NCBI GenBank assembly: GCA_030631995.1
Contig: DAOVKB010000002.1
Location: 1 to 47,029 of the forward strand
DNA: 47,029 nucleotides
Source: an archaeon
GTDB lineage: Archaea > Asgardarchaeota > Heimdallarchaeia > Heimdallarchaeales > Heimdallarchaeaceae
Reading direction: 5' to 3'
The notes under the pieces are model-generated. The model saw only the letters and a program-made list of their open reading frames with translations, was not told the origin of the DNA and did not search any database. Below are positions 10,034 through 19,270 of the stretch, in pieces. The position numbers were made by a program, and so were the translations under genes. Numbering within the stretch: the stretch's first letter is position 1; every line of letters begins with the position of its first letter.

Positions 10034-10402
10034 TTATTCCATCTTCAATTTATCAATTTTATCTTTACTAATTTTTTCTGGAGATAATGAACGTATTTCT
10101 ATTGGAACTGTAGACGGTGCAACCATTACTGTTTCTTCTGATACCATTTTTAGTGTTGCATGAAGCATCGCAGAGGATTTTTTTAGGTTTTTGAGGAATT
10201 CAGTTTTTCTTTCTGGGAATGCAGATATTCGACTAATGTTAAGAAATACAAGATTTCCACTTTCGACTTCACTTAATATCCTTTCAGTTTGAACCACATC
10301 TATTAAAGAATAAAACTTCACACCAGGAGGACTATTTACTACTTTAACTTCATCCTTTGAACTAGTGTTAGATTGGCGCATATCCTTTCTTTTCCTTGCC
10401 AT
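10034..10402 (-). CDS. sepF: SepF-like cell-division protein (FtsZ anchor family)
   Basis: 122 aa with a basic disordered N-terminus. The core VKFYSLIDVVQTERILSEVESGNLVFLNISRIS...ATLKMVSEETVMVAPSTVPI follows the archaeal SepF pattern (..DGNLVIADITR...IVITPTGISI). Confidence 0.6.
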   Translation of the reverse strand: MARKRKDMRQSNTSSKDEVKVVNSPPGVKFYSLIDVVQTERILSEVESGNLVFLNISRISAFPERKTEFLKNLKKSSAMLHATLKMVSEETVMVAPSTVPIEIRSLSPEKISKDKIDKLKME

Positions 10403-10537
10403 AGATTATACACCTATATTTAGAATGATTGTCTATTAATAAAAGCAGATTAATACAGTAGTAACATGAGGGTAATACTAGCTCTATATAAATTAGGACA
10501 AGAAGAGAAGTGTTGTTAACAAATAGCATGGGAGTGA

Positions 10538-10771
10538 TTAATCATATTTGGATAGAATTTGTTCCAAATCCGAATCATATTTTTGAAGATATAGTCTTTT
10601 AATATCTACGCAAGGAAAACATAAAGATCCTTTGGTTTTATAACACCAGTTACAGAAGATAGTCAATAGTCTTTTTTCTCTATTTACAGATTCATTAAAC
10701 TCCTCACATAATTCCTTCAATGTATTGAATAATTCTTCAGGATATTTCTCTTTTGCATCTTCCCATTTCAT
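10538..10771 (-). CDS. hypothetical small Cys-containing protein
   Basis: 77-aa ORF in an otherwise empty gap, with CNWC...CFPC (possible 4-Cys knuckle). No family recognised. Confidence 0.4.
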   Translation of the reverse strand: MKWEDAKEKYPEELFNTLKELCEEFNESVNREKRLLTIFCNWCYKTKGSLCFPCVDIKRLYLQKYDSDLEQILSKYD

Positions 10772-10849
10772 TATCAGTAAACTAGGAAACCATGCTAAAA
10801 AATGTTATCAAATCAAAGTAAAAGAAATGGAAAAATTAGATTTATAGAA

Positions 10850-11806
10850 CTAATCAAATTTCCATGGGTCTCTGACATATACTGGTGCTGATGCAGCTCC
10901 TCTTTTTACTATTACATTTGCTAATTCTAAAGAATCAACTATTTCCCTGAAACGATTTCGTAATGTTACAGGAGTTGTTTTTGCTGCTTTTGCAACTTGT
11001 TGTTGAGTTCTTCTTTCACCAGTTCTAATACCAGCGATATAAATCGCAGCTGCTGCTACACTTAATGGATTCTTCCCCATATCTAGTCTTCTTGATTTAC
11101 TCTCTTCAAGAATCTTTAGTGCTTCATTTTGAGTTGCTGTTGTTAATTCCAATTCATTACATAGTCTTGATAGTAACACAGCTGGATCAATTGGTGTAGG
11201 TCTGATTCTTAACTCTTGAACATATAATCGGAAACATCTTGCAATTACTTTCCTATCAGCATTAATTGTTTTTTCAATATCCTTCAGTGTTGTTGGATTA
11301 TTGTATTGTCTAGCCGCTAGATAGACTGCTGCAGCCACCATTGATTCAATACTTCTACCTCTAATCAAATCTGCTTTCAGAGCTTTTCTGTAGGTTGTTG
11401 CTGCGGCTTCAGCTATTTCTTCACTAAGTTCAAGTTGGCTTGCAATCCTTCGAAGTTCTCTAAGAGCTATTCTAAGATTCCTAATTTGAGATCTTGAATC
11501 TCTTCTGTTCAACCATCGAAGTCTTCGCATTTTAGCCATGACATTGGGTTCAAGTTTCTTCCCATGTATATCCATATTGCCAAAACTAATTTGGGATGAA
11601 ATACCATAATCTGATTTCAAAGCTGAAACAGGACCACCGGTTCTGCTTCGAGCTGCTTTCTCCTCTCCAGAAAATGCTCTCCACTCAGGAGTTGTATCAA
11701 TTAATCTGGAAACCACTAGCCCACAATTACTACAAATAGACTCTCCTCTCTGAAAGTCGGATACAATTTCTTCGGAATTGCAGTTAGGACAGCGATCTCT
11801 ACTCAT
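10850..11806 (-). CDS. tfb: transcription initiation factor IIB (TFB)
   Basis: N-terminal zinc ribbon CPNCNSEEIV...CSNCGLVV, B-reader/linker, and two cyclin-fold repeats (GRSIESMVAAAVYLAAR.., PLSVAAAAIYIAG..TQQQVAKAA). Confidence 0.95.
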   Translation of the reverse strand: MSRDRCPNCNSEEIVSDFQRGESICSNCGLVVSRLIDTTPEWRAFSGEEKAARSRTGGPVSALKSDYGISSQISFGNMDIHGKKLEPNVMAKMRRLRWLNRRDSRSQIRNLRIALRELRRIASQLELSEEIAEAAATTYRKALKADLIRGRSIESMVAAAVYLAARQYNNPTTLKDIEKTINADRKVIARCFRLYVQELRIRPTPIDPAVLLSRLCNELELTTATQNEALKILEESKSRRLDMGKNPLSVAAAAIYIAGIRTGERRTQQQVAKAAKTTPVTLRNRFREIVDSLELANVIVKRGAASAPVYVRDPWKFD

Positions 11807-11840
11807 CTATCTTCTCACTATGTTCAGATACCCATGGACA

Positions 11841-11848
11841 TATATAAA
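11841..11848 (-). promoter_or_regulatory. putative TATA box of tfb
   Basis: The minus strand reads TTTATATA, centred ~39 nt upstream of the tfb ATG (11806). Inferred from archaeal promoter architecture. Confidence 0.35.
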
Positions 11849-11989
11849 GCTAGCTAAATCCTTGTAGTTTAAAGCGCTCTGATAAGTGAATTTGATATGT
11901 AGTATAAACACTTAATTGAAATAATTATTTTTTGGCTTGAACAAAAGAACAGAAGATTATTTCAAGAATAAATTAAAAGTAAAAGAGTT

Positions 11990-13852
11990 TTATTTTCTCT
12001 TTTTAAACTTCAGATTACTACTTATCAAAATCCCCATTGCGACGAGAGCGATCAGAACTGAAACAAAGTTATTAGGAGTAGGTTCTGTTGGTGTCTCTGT
12101 AGACAGTACAACATTGTAGATTAACATTAAGCTTTGATTATTTCCTGCATGATCTTGAACAGTTATTGTTACATTGTAAGTACTACTTTCAACGTAGTAA
12201 TGAAATGCATAATGCTCATCAGTCACATTTTGAACAATACCATCTCCCCAATCAATGTGTACAAATTTTACTCCAGTATAAGCGTCAGAATACTCGAAAC
12301 GAAGTTCAACTAATCCATCCACTATGTCTCTTGAAGTATTTGTATTCGATGTTACGTCAAGAAAAGGATTTTGGAAGTCCAAATAAATCAGTTGTGTTAG
12401 ATTATTTGCTGTTCCCAGAGAATTGTTTACAAATAGAGTGTAATTATAGAAAGCTGCAATACCAAATGGATAATCGTATACAATTGTATCGTTACTCTCG
12501 AGAGATAGAGTATCTAAAGGTGTTCCATCTCCATAATCGAATGTTGCTTCAGTAATATTTCCTCGAACTAATTCGACCTCATAATAGAAGGTTACAGTTT
12601 CATTATTTGTGTAAATTCCATCTTTAGGAGTGAGAGATAGTACAGGAGTGGAATCGTAGATTTCTACTCTGTGAAGGTTACCTGTAGTTTCGTTATAATG
12701 TTCTCCTTTGTAAATATTGTATGCTTCAAAGTAGATAACATTTCCAACATTAAAAGGACCAATTGTTGCATTAAATTTCCTGATTGTGCTATTGTATCCA
12801 TCACTATCAATATCAAAATATGTTGTGTTTAGAGATGCATCTACTAACGTCCATGGAACTATTTTTGTATTGTTATCTGAACTTTCAACAACATAATAAC
12901 TAATGCCAAATGTTTCGAATTCTGTTGCATTTATTGATGTAATATTTAACCTAATAGGGTCAACTTCTGTATGTCTTTCATTTAATACTGTCTTAGATTC
13001 AAAATGGAAACCATTATCTATTCTGTAGATATTTAGCTTATCTTTTATCAATCCTTCATCCCAAGTATCCCACCCATGCGAGTTATTTGCAGTGAAATAG
13101 AGTGTTCTCGTTGTAAATGTTATTGTCGTGTTATAGACTTCATAGGCTTCATGAGTTTCATTTACCCAATCCATTTTGATGAATGTTACATCAGCATCGA
13201 AAACAGTCAGTGATGCGTTAGAGATTTTATCACGATAAAGTGAAGTTACTAAGGTTATATTTTCATTCTCTCCTCCTTCGAATACTTTGAAACGAATAAC
13301 AATTGTGTGATTTGTATAATTAGCAGGAGAATAATATACCTTATCTACACCTGTACTAGTCGCATTGATAATTTTATCAAATTGTGGTGGAAGAATTTCA
13401 TTCACATAAAGATAGTGCCAAGGACCTAGATGAGCAAAGTAATCTACTTCTTCATAGGTTCCATTTGTGATTTCCCCAATCCACCCATATGCTTTGAAGT
13501 ATGAGTGTTCTGTCAAATTGAATGTACCTGTATAGTACGATCGTACTTCAAAAGAATTAGAGAAGTTTAACTCCAAACCCTGATTTATATCTAGAGTAAA
13601 ATTGGAACCTTCACCAACTAATATAACGCTATCAACTCCAACATATCGCTTAACAGAATATTCAACAGTAATCAGAGTTCCAGCTGGATAATTCTGACCA
13701 GGAAAGCCTTCAAAACCTTCTGCTGTTAAACTTTCAAGCCTTGGTTTAGCTTCATCTTCTGCTATAACGTTATTTGTGTTTGTAACACTGAATACAACAC
13801 TCACCAGTATTGAAGTCAATAATAGTAGGGTTAGTGATTTCTTTAGTCTCAT
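11990..13852 (-). CDS. secreted, C-terminally anchored surface protein with PKD-like modules
   Basis: Signal peptide MRLKKSLTLLLLTSILVSVVFS. PKD-type motifs FDYGDGT and IDWGDGI near the C-terminus. Many N-x-S/T sequons. T/P linker ETPTEPTP + TM (FVSVLIALVAMGILISS) + KFKKRK tail. Confidence 0.7.
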   Translation of the reverse strand: MRLKKSLTLLLLTSILVSVVFSVTNTNNVIAEDEAKPRLESLTAEGFEGFPGQNYPAGTLITVEYSVKRYVGVDSVILVGEGSNFTLDINQGLELNFSNSFEVRSYYTGTFNLTEHSYFKAYGWIGEITNGTYEEVDYFAHLGPWHYLYVNEILPPQFDKIINATSTGVDKVYYSPANYTNHTIVIRFKVFEGGENENITLVTSLYRDKISNASLTVFDADVTFIKMDWVNETHEAYEVYNTTITFTTRTLYFTANNSHGWDTWDEGLIKDKLNIYRIDNGFHFESKTVLNERHTEVDPIRLNITSINATEFETFGISYYVVESSDNNTKIVPWTLVDASLNTTYFDIDSDGYNSTIRKFNATIGPFNVGNVIYFEAYNIYKGEHYNETTGNLHRVEIYDSTPVLSLTPKDGIYTNNETVTFYYEVELVRGNITEATFDYGDGTPLDTLSLESNDTIVYDYPFGIAAFYNYTLFVNNSLGTANNLTQLIYLDFQNPFLDVTSNTNTSRDIVDGLVELRFEYSDAYTGVKFVHIDWGDGIVQNVTDEHYAFHYYVESSTYNVTITVQDHAGNNQSLMLIYNVVLSTETPTEPTPNNFVSVLIALVAMGILISSNLKFKKRK

Positions 13853-13938
13853 ATTGCGTCACTTAATTTGTGCTTGGTAGTTTTAAAATGTACTATTTTT
13901 ATGCTTTGCGTCTCATACGTTTTCTTAAATCATAAAAA

Positions 13939-14502
13939 TCATAATTGTTCGTAAGTGAAAGGATCGAAAACAACAAATGCTACAACACATCCATATTGCT
14001 TCTCAATCTGGAGAGATGAACTGACTAGTTTATACCCAGATTTCCCCCAATCTTCCTGTACTCGTCCTGCTCTCAGTTCAATCATTTCTTTTACTCCCAT
14101 CTCTGCTTTTTCTTCAACTTTGCTTCGAGAAGAACTTTGAGCTTCAAATGCTAACACACACTTTTGGGGTTTACCATCTACATCTGTTTCAATCTTAGCT
14201 AAGGCTATACTGCATGCTATTTTGTCTCCTTTGTTTCCTATATTCATTGATCTAACTACATGAATGATGGAACTGAAAGGTAATAGCTTTATTTCACCAT
14301 TAATTGGAACATAGGTGATTCCTTTCTCACGATCAACTTTAGGGTAAATCTCCTCTTTCGGAGGTATTGAAGAAACAGCAACATGGTTCTGGTACCCTAT
14401 TCCAGCATCCATAAAAGCTGAATCTATAGATTCTAGTTCTGAACCTTCGGATTGACCAGTCCCTGTTGTGAGCCAAAATCTTGTTGGTAACATGAATAAC
14501 AA
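13939..14502 (-). CDS. pdaD: pyruvoyl-dependent arginine decarboxylase
   Basis: GTGQSEGSELESIDSAFMDAGIGYQNHVAVSSIPP matches the PdaD pattern ([35 protein letters not shown]), including the Ser-Ser self-cleavage site. Confidence 0.8.
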   Translation of the reverse strand: MLFMLPTRFWLTTGTGQSEGSELESIDSAFMDAGIGYQNHVAVSSIPPKEEIYPKVDREKGITYVPINGEIKLLPFSSIIHVVRSMNIGNKGDKIACSIALAKIETDVDGKPQKCVLAFEAQSSSRSKVEEKAEMGVKEMIELRAGRVQEDWGKSGYKLVSSSLQIEKQYGCVVAFVVFDPFTYEQL

Positions 14503-14590
14503 ACCCTATTCACTTTGAACTACTTAAATAATTATCGAAAAAACATATATATAGAAAATATACGATAATGATTAAAGCAAAATCTCTAGG

Positions 14591-15895
14591 ATGAAAGCGA
14601 TGAATGATTTGGAAAATTACTTTAAAGAAAATGGGATAGAATTTATACAATTTCAATTTTCAACTATTTTTGGGGAACTAAAATCTGTAGAATTTCCTGT
14701 TGACATTTGGAAAGAAATGAGAAATGGTACTGGAGTAGATGGTTCTTCATTAGGTTTTCTTAAAACTGAACAGAGCGATATGAAAATTATTCCAGATTTT
14801 GATACTTTAGCCATACTTCCCTGGGAACCAAGAGTAGCGAGATTTATCTGTGACATTTATGGAAATGATGGTAAACCTCATCCTACTGATCCTCGAAGTA
14901 TTTTGAAGAGAGTAATTGAACAAGCAAAGAAACTAGGATATGAATACAAAACAAGACCTGAACTGGAATGGTTTTTCTTAGATTTCGAATTCGATCCAAT
15001 AGATTATGGTCAGTATATGGACATACTTCCTTTTGATATGATGGGATCTTTAAGAAGAGACATAGCAGCTGATATGAAAAAGATGGGAATACCTGTAAAA
15101 ACAATTCATCATGAATGTGGAGCTGGACAACAAGAGATTGAATTCTTAGTTTTAGATGCACTCAAACAAGCTGATAATGTTCAAACAGCAAAAATGATTA
15201 TAAAAGCTGATTCAGCTTTTGAAGAGATTATTGGTACTTTTATGCCTAAACCTTTTCCTGATCAAGCTGGGAATGGATTTCATATTCATCAATATTTAGT
15301 CAAAGATGGAAAAGATATTTTCTCTGATAGGGAGAAGGGTATAAGTGAAGAACTCAGATATTTTATTGGAGGAATTTTGGAACATGTGGATGCAATGACA
15401 GCAATTCTCAATCCGACGACAAACTCCTATAAGAGACTAGTACCAGGTCATGAAGCACCTGTATTCAAATCATGGGGTGTAGCTAACAGAACTGCATTAA
15501 TTCGCATTCCTGGTTATGAAAAGAATGCAAGATTAGAATATAGAGCAACTGATGGTGCTGCGAATATTTACTTAGCTTTTGCGCTCCTATTAGCAGCAGG
15601 ATTAGACGGCATTAAAAGAAAAATTGAGCCTATTTCATCAACAACCAGAAACATAGAAGATTTATCTTCTCAAGAAAGAGAAGAAATGGGAATAACTAAG
15701 CTTCCTGAAAATCTAAATGAAGCACTAGATCATTTAGGAGAAAGTGCTTTTGTTAAAGAAGTTCTTAATGATGAGATCCTAGAAATTTTCTTGAGTGTAA
15801 AACGTAAAGAATACAAAGAATATCTTGAAGCAAAAAATAAAGGTGAAGAACAGGAATGGGATTGGGAGTATCAAACATATTTGGAAAGAGTATGA
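14591..15895 (+). CDS. glnA: glutamine synthetase, type I
   Basis: DGSSLGF, HHECGAGQQEIEF, NPTTNSYKRLVPGHEAP, RIPG...RLEYR. 434 aa. Confidence 0.9.
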   Translation: MKAMNDLENYFKENGIEFIQFQFSTIFGELKSVEFPVDIWKEMRNGTGVDGSSLGFLKTEQSDMKIIPDFDTLAILPWEPRVARFICDIYGNDGKPHPTDPRSILKRVIEQAKKLGYEYKTRPELEWFFLDFEFDPIDYGQYMDILPFDMMGSLRRDIAADMKKMGIPVKTIHHECGAGQQEIEFLVLDALKQADNVQTAKMIIKADSAFEEIIGTFMPKPFPDQAGNGFHIHQYLVKDGKDIFSDREKGISEELRYFIGGILEHVDAMTAILNPTTNSYKRLVPGHEAPVFKSWGVANRTALIRIPGYEKNARLEYRATDGAANIYLAFALLLAAGLDGIKRKIEPISSTTRNIEDLSSQEREEMGITKLPENLNEALDHLGESAFVKEVLNDEILEIFLSVKRKEYKEYLEAKNKGEEQEWDWEYQTYLERV

Positions 15896-15998
15896 ATTAG
15901 TTTAATTGGCCATGTTTCAAGAATCATATCACAACTTTCTACTGAATAAGAGAAGGTTAATAAATCTTGTTTAACAATATAAAAGTAACATTTTATGG

Positions 15999-18074
15999 AT
16001 GATTGAACTGAGTTACGAGCGAGAAGATGTTTATAACATCAATTTTAAAAAACTGGAACTTCCTGAGCCCAAATTATCAAAAACTAAACGAGCTCTGGTC
16101 CTAACGCATTTATTTCTCTATCGTAATTTAAATCTAGCAGATTTTTCTGAGAAACATGAGATCAATTTAGAAGCAATTAAAGAGTACATCCAAGTACTGA
16201 TACAGTCGCTAACTATCAGAGGTTATTACAGAAAAGATAGATTTGTTATAGCATCAATCTATAAGTTTCCAAATATAAATCCAGGTCGTTTAACCTCTAT
16301 TCGAAAAGCTATCCTAGGTTTATTAGCATATTCAAAAAAAATAAGCCTAAAAGAGATAACTGGGATAGTTAATATAAAGCTCGATATTCTGTTAGATCAT
16401 CTGAAGTATTTCATTAGCAGAGGATTGTTAATAGGACAAATTAAAAACAAAGAACTAATTTCAAATTGGATATGGAAACCTCCCGAAAAAGTTACAATTT
16501 CTGCAGAAGATACTTTTATTGTGGGAGTTTGTATGATGCTAAGAGATGCTGAATTGGCAAACGTAGCAAAGCACACAGGTTTTTCCAGAGAGCAGGTATT
16601 TACAAAATTGTCTTTTCTAATGCTTTATAGAAAACTAGAAGCTCAGTTTGAGATTCGATCAAAATTAGTTGGAGCTTCAAGTGTTTTCATTAACGTGAAA
16701 AAATATCATATTTCACCTAGAATCCTCCCACTAGCTGCCTTACAAGGAATTGAGAAAGAAATCGCTGGATACACAATACTAAGAAAAACTGTTTCAATTA
16801 AAGAATTAGTAAAGTTTGTAGGCAAGGAACCCATAGAAATAATGAAAATTTTAGCTCTTCTTACTGCAAGAGGAACTTTTCAAGTAGTATTTACAGAAAA
16901 AAATTATATTAATCCAATTGTTATTCCTGAATTAAAGCCAAAACGGACCATTGAGGAAATGGCTACTCTTTCATTCTTTAATTATGAAGCTTTATTTGGA
17001 TTGTTATCTACTCAAGACAGAATCCCTCTTAAAAAACTAGGAGCTTTCATGAATAGAACAACTGGTGAGGTTTTAGAAGGTGTTATAACACTTCTTTTGG
17101 AAGGATTTATTTCTGGGACAATAAAAGGTACTACTCTTTATGTTGAAAGTATCCGTAGATATAGTAGAACACAAGAAGGAACTCTAGATAGATGGGAAAA
17201 GATCCTACTTGGAATGGTTATTGCTAAAAAACAGATTAATGTCAGAGATATAGCTTTAGCACTAGGGGTAGACAAAATCTATGCTAAAGAAAGGTTGTAT
17301 GGTTTTTATGGTAAAGGTCTGATAAAAGGCACAATTGTGGGAAATCGATTAGAACCAGATGAGATTCCTATCTTTCCTCCTCTCACACAATTAGAAGATC
17401 TTCCCATTCATTATCAAGAAATATTCGGATTTATTACTGCGAATAAGAAAGTATCATTAACCAGCATTCAGAAAAACTGGAGCAAATCCCTTAATGCGTC
17501 TCGAAATATAGTCTACGAATTAACTGGTTCAGGTTTAGTTAATTTGGAAATGAGAGGTAGTTCTCTAAATGTATTATCTTATCAAAAATTTCTACCTAAT
17601 AGAGAATTGGAGGAGTTAGGAGATAATTATGTCCGGATAGTTAATGAGATAGAAAAATCAAGAAGGAAAAAAATCAGACTCAATATTATTGCTGCAGATC
17701 TCTCTTTAATGGAACAAGATATTTTTAGAATCATTTGTCAATTACTTGCTCATGGATATTACAATGGAATTCTTACTAGCACATACTTTGAGAGGAAAGG
17801 ACAACTCACCTTACCATCATTAAAGATGCACTGTTTGAACTGTGGGCATATAATCAAGTCAGCATATGACCCATGTAACAACTGTGAAGAAATTCCTTCA
17901 AAATGTTCAGTCTGTCAAGGTTTAATTAAAAGAGGGGATAGCATCCTAGAATGTCCAAATTGCTCCAATGTTGCTCATGACGATCATATGGAGCAGTGGA
18001 TGAAAATAAAGAATGAATGTCCCATGTGTAAAACAAAGATATCAAAAAGAAATCTTAAATCGTATTCAGTATAA
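15999..18074 (+). CDS. tandem winged-helix (PCI-like) repeat protein with C-terminal zinc ribbon and RING-H2-like finger
   Basis: About 8 repeats of the WH pattern (e.g. ISLKEITGIVNIKLDILLDHLKYFISRGLLIGQIKNKEL). CLNC-x10-CNNC at nt 17832-17885. C-x2-C-x12-C-x2-C-x4-H-x2-H-x3-W-x6-CPMC at nt 17904-18029. Confidence 0.6.
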   Translation: MIELSYEREDVYNINFKKLELPEPKLSKTKRALVLTHLFLYRNLNLADFSEKHEINLEAIKEYIQVLIQSLTIRGYYRKDRFVIASIYKFPNINPGRLTSIRKAILGLLAYSKKISLKEITGIVNIKLDILLDHLKYFISRGLLIGQIKNKELISNWIWKPPEKVTISAEDTFIVGVCMMLRDAELANVAKHTGFSREQVFTKLSFLMLYRKLEAQFEIRSKLVGASSVFINVKKYHISPRILPLAALQGIEKEIAGYTILRKTVSIKELVKFVGKEPIEIMKILALLTARGTFQVVFTEKNYINPIVIPELKPKRTIEEMATLSFFNYEALFGLLSTQDRIPLKKLGAFMNRTTGEVLEGVITLLLEGFISGTIKGTTLYVESIRRYSRTQEGTLDRWEKILLGMVIAKKQINVRDIALALGVDKIYAKERLYGFYGKGLIKGTIVGNRLEPDEIPIFPPLTQLEDLPIHYQEIFGFITANKKVSLTSIQKNWSKSLNASRNIVYELTGSGLVNLEMRGSSLNVLSYQKFLPNRELEELGDNYVRIVNEIEKSRRKKIRLNIIAADLSLMEQDIFRIICQLLAHGYYNGILTSTYFERKGQLTLPSLKMHCLNCGHIIKSAYDPCNNCEEIPSKCSVCQGLIKRGDSILECPNCSNVAHDDHMEQWMKIKNECPMCKTKISKRNLKSYSV

Positions 18075-18088
18075 ATTGAGGTTTTTAT

Positions 18089-18412
18089 GTGGAATTAAAT
18101 GATATTATAGATGAGTTTAGAGATTTTTTAGATGAGAGAGGATGGTTATCTTTTTCTCCAAATGATGTTTTCATACATCTAATTGAGGAACTAGGTGAGA
18201 TAGGTAAATATCTCCTTTTTCTATCGGAATATAAAACAGAAAATCAAGGTCATGAAAAACCACCTAGCGCTAACCTTTCGAGAGAATTTGCTCAAGCTTT
18301 CTCTCTTTTTATGCAGTTATGCATATTGCTAAATATAGATTTGGAGAAGACCTGGTTGGAAGAAATAAAAATAATGAAAGCAAGATTTCCAATAAACGAT
18401 AAACACAAATAG
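18089..18412 (+). CDS. MazG-like nucleotide pyrophosphohydrolase-fold protein
   Basis: GTG start. IEELGEIGKYL fits the EExxE helix of all-alpha NTP-PPases. 107 aa is typical of single-domain MazG-like proteins. Confidence 0.5.
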   Translation: MELNDIIDEFRDFLDERGWLSFSPNDVFIHLIEELGEIGKYLLFLSEYKTENQGHEKPPSANLSREFAQAFSLFMQLCILLNIDLEKTWLEEIKIMKARFPINDKHK

Positions 18413-18435
18413 AGTAATTATATGAGTGGGTAACA

Positions 18436-19179
18436 ATGGCAAAGGAACAAAAGAAGGAAACTGCTCGAGAAAAGAGAAGGGAAGGGAAGGAGTTCATTAA
18501 AGTAAAAGATGTTTCCAAATCTTATTCTCTAGGAGAAGTAGAAGTAAAAGCTCTTGACAACGTTTCTTTGTCAATCAAAAGGGGAGAGATAGTATCTATA
18601 GTTGGTCCAAGTGGAAGTGGAAAGACTACGCTTCTAAATATCATTGGTGCATTGGATTATGTGGATTCAGGAGAAATCATAATCGATGGTAAAAAACTTA
18701 GTGACCAAAATGATAAAGAACTAAGCTACCTTAGAAGAGAGACCATAGGGTATGTATTTCAAAACTTCAATCTTCTTGAAGAAATAAATGCTGAAAAAAA
18801 TATTGAAATGCCAATGATTCTTTCTCGCAAGTCAAAGGAGGAGAGAAAGAAACAAGTTGATAAGCTTTTAGCAGCGGTAAACCTATCTGATAGAAGAGAT
18901 CACAAACCTGAGCAATTGTCAGGGGGGGAACAACAAAGAGTTGCAATTGCTAGAGCATTAGCAAATAATCCACAGATAATTTTGGCTGATGAACCAACAG
19001 GGAATTTAGATTCCTCAACTGGCGAGAAAATATTACAACTTCTTTTGAATTTAAGTAAAAAACACAAAAAAACGTTAGTATATGTTACACATGATACAAA
19101 ACAAGCAACGCTAGCTTCTAGGCAATTAATTATGAATGATGGAACAATAATTAAAGATTTTTCAAGCAGTAAAAAATAG
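18436..19179 (+). CDS. ABC transporter ATP-binding protein (MacB/LolD-like, COG1136 type)
   Basis: Walker A GPSGSGKTT, Q-loop, signature LSGGEQQRVAIARAL, Walker B ILADEPTGNLD, H-loop VTHD. Confidence 0.9.
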   Translation: MAKEQKKETAREKRREGKEFIKVKDVSKSYSLGEVEVKALDNVSLSIKRGEIVSIVGPSGSGKTTLLNIIGALDYVDSGEIIIDGKKLSDQNDKELSYLRRETIGYVFQNFNLLEEINAEKNIEMPMILSRKSKEERKKQVDKLLAAVNLSDRRDHKPEQLSGGEQQRVAIARALANNPQIILADEPTGNLDSSTGEKILQLLLNLSKKHKKTLVYVTHDTKQATLASRQLIMNDGTIIKDFSSSKK

Positions 19180-19270
19180 TTACTGATCCCGCTTCTTTTG
19201 AAAATTACAACAAAGCATTTAGAAATATTAATATAGCAAACTGGTAGTTAAGAATAATGGAGATGACAAT

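Noticed and set aside
11990-12080. PGF-CTERM sorting signal on the PKD surface protein
   Set aside because: It has the T/P linker + TM + basic tail, but lacks the PGF tripeptide seen in the PLD protein. It is therefore called only a generic C-terminal anchor.
11937-12555. Plus-strand ORFs 11937..12119 and 12166..12555 opposite the PKD surface-protein gene
   Set aside because: The minus-strand ORF is 620 aa with a signal peptide, PKD motifs and a C-terminal anchor. The plus-strand ORFs have odd composition and no motifs.
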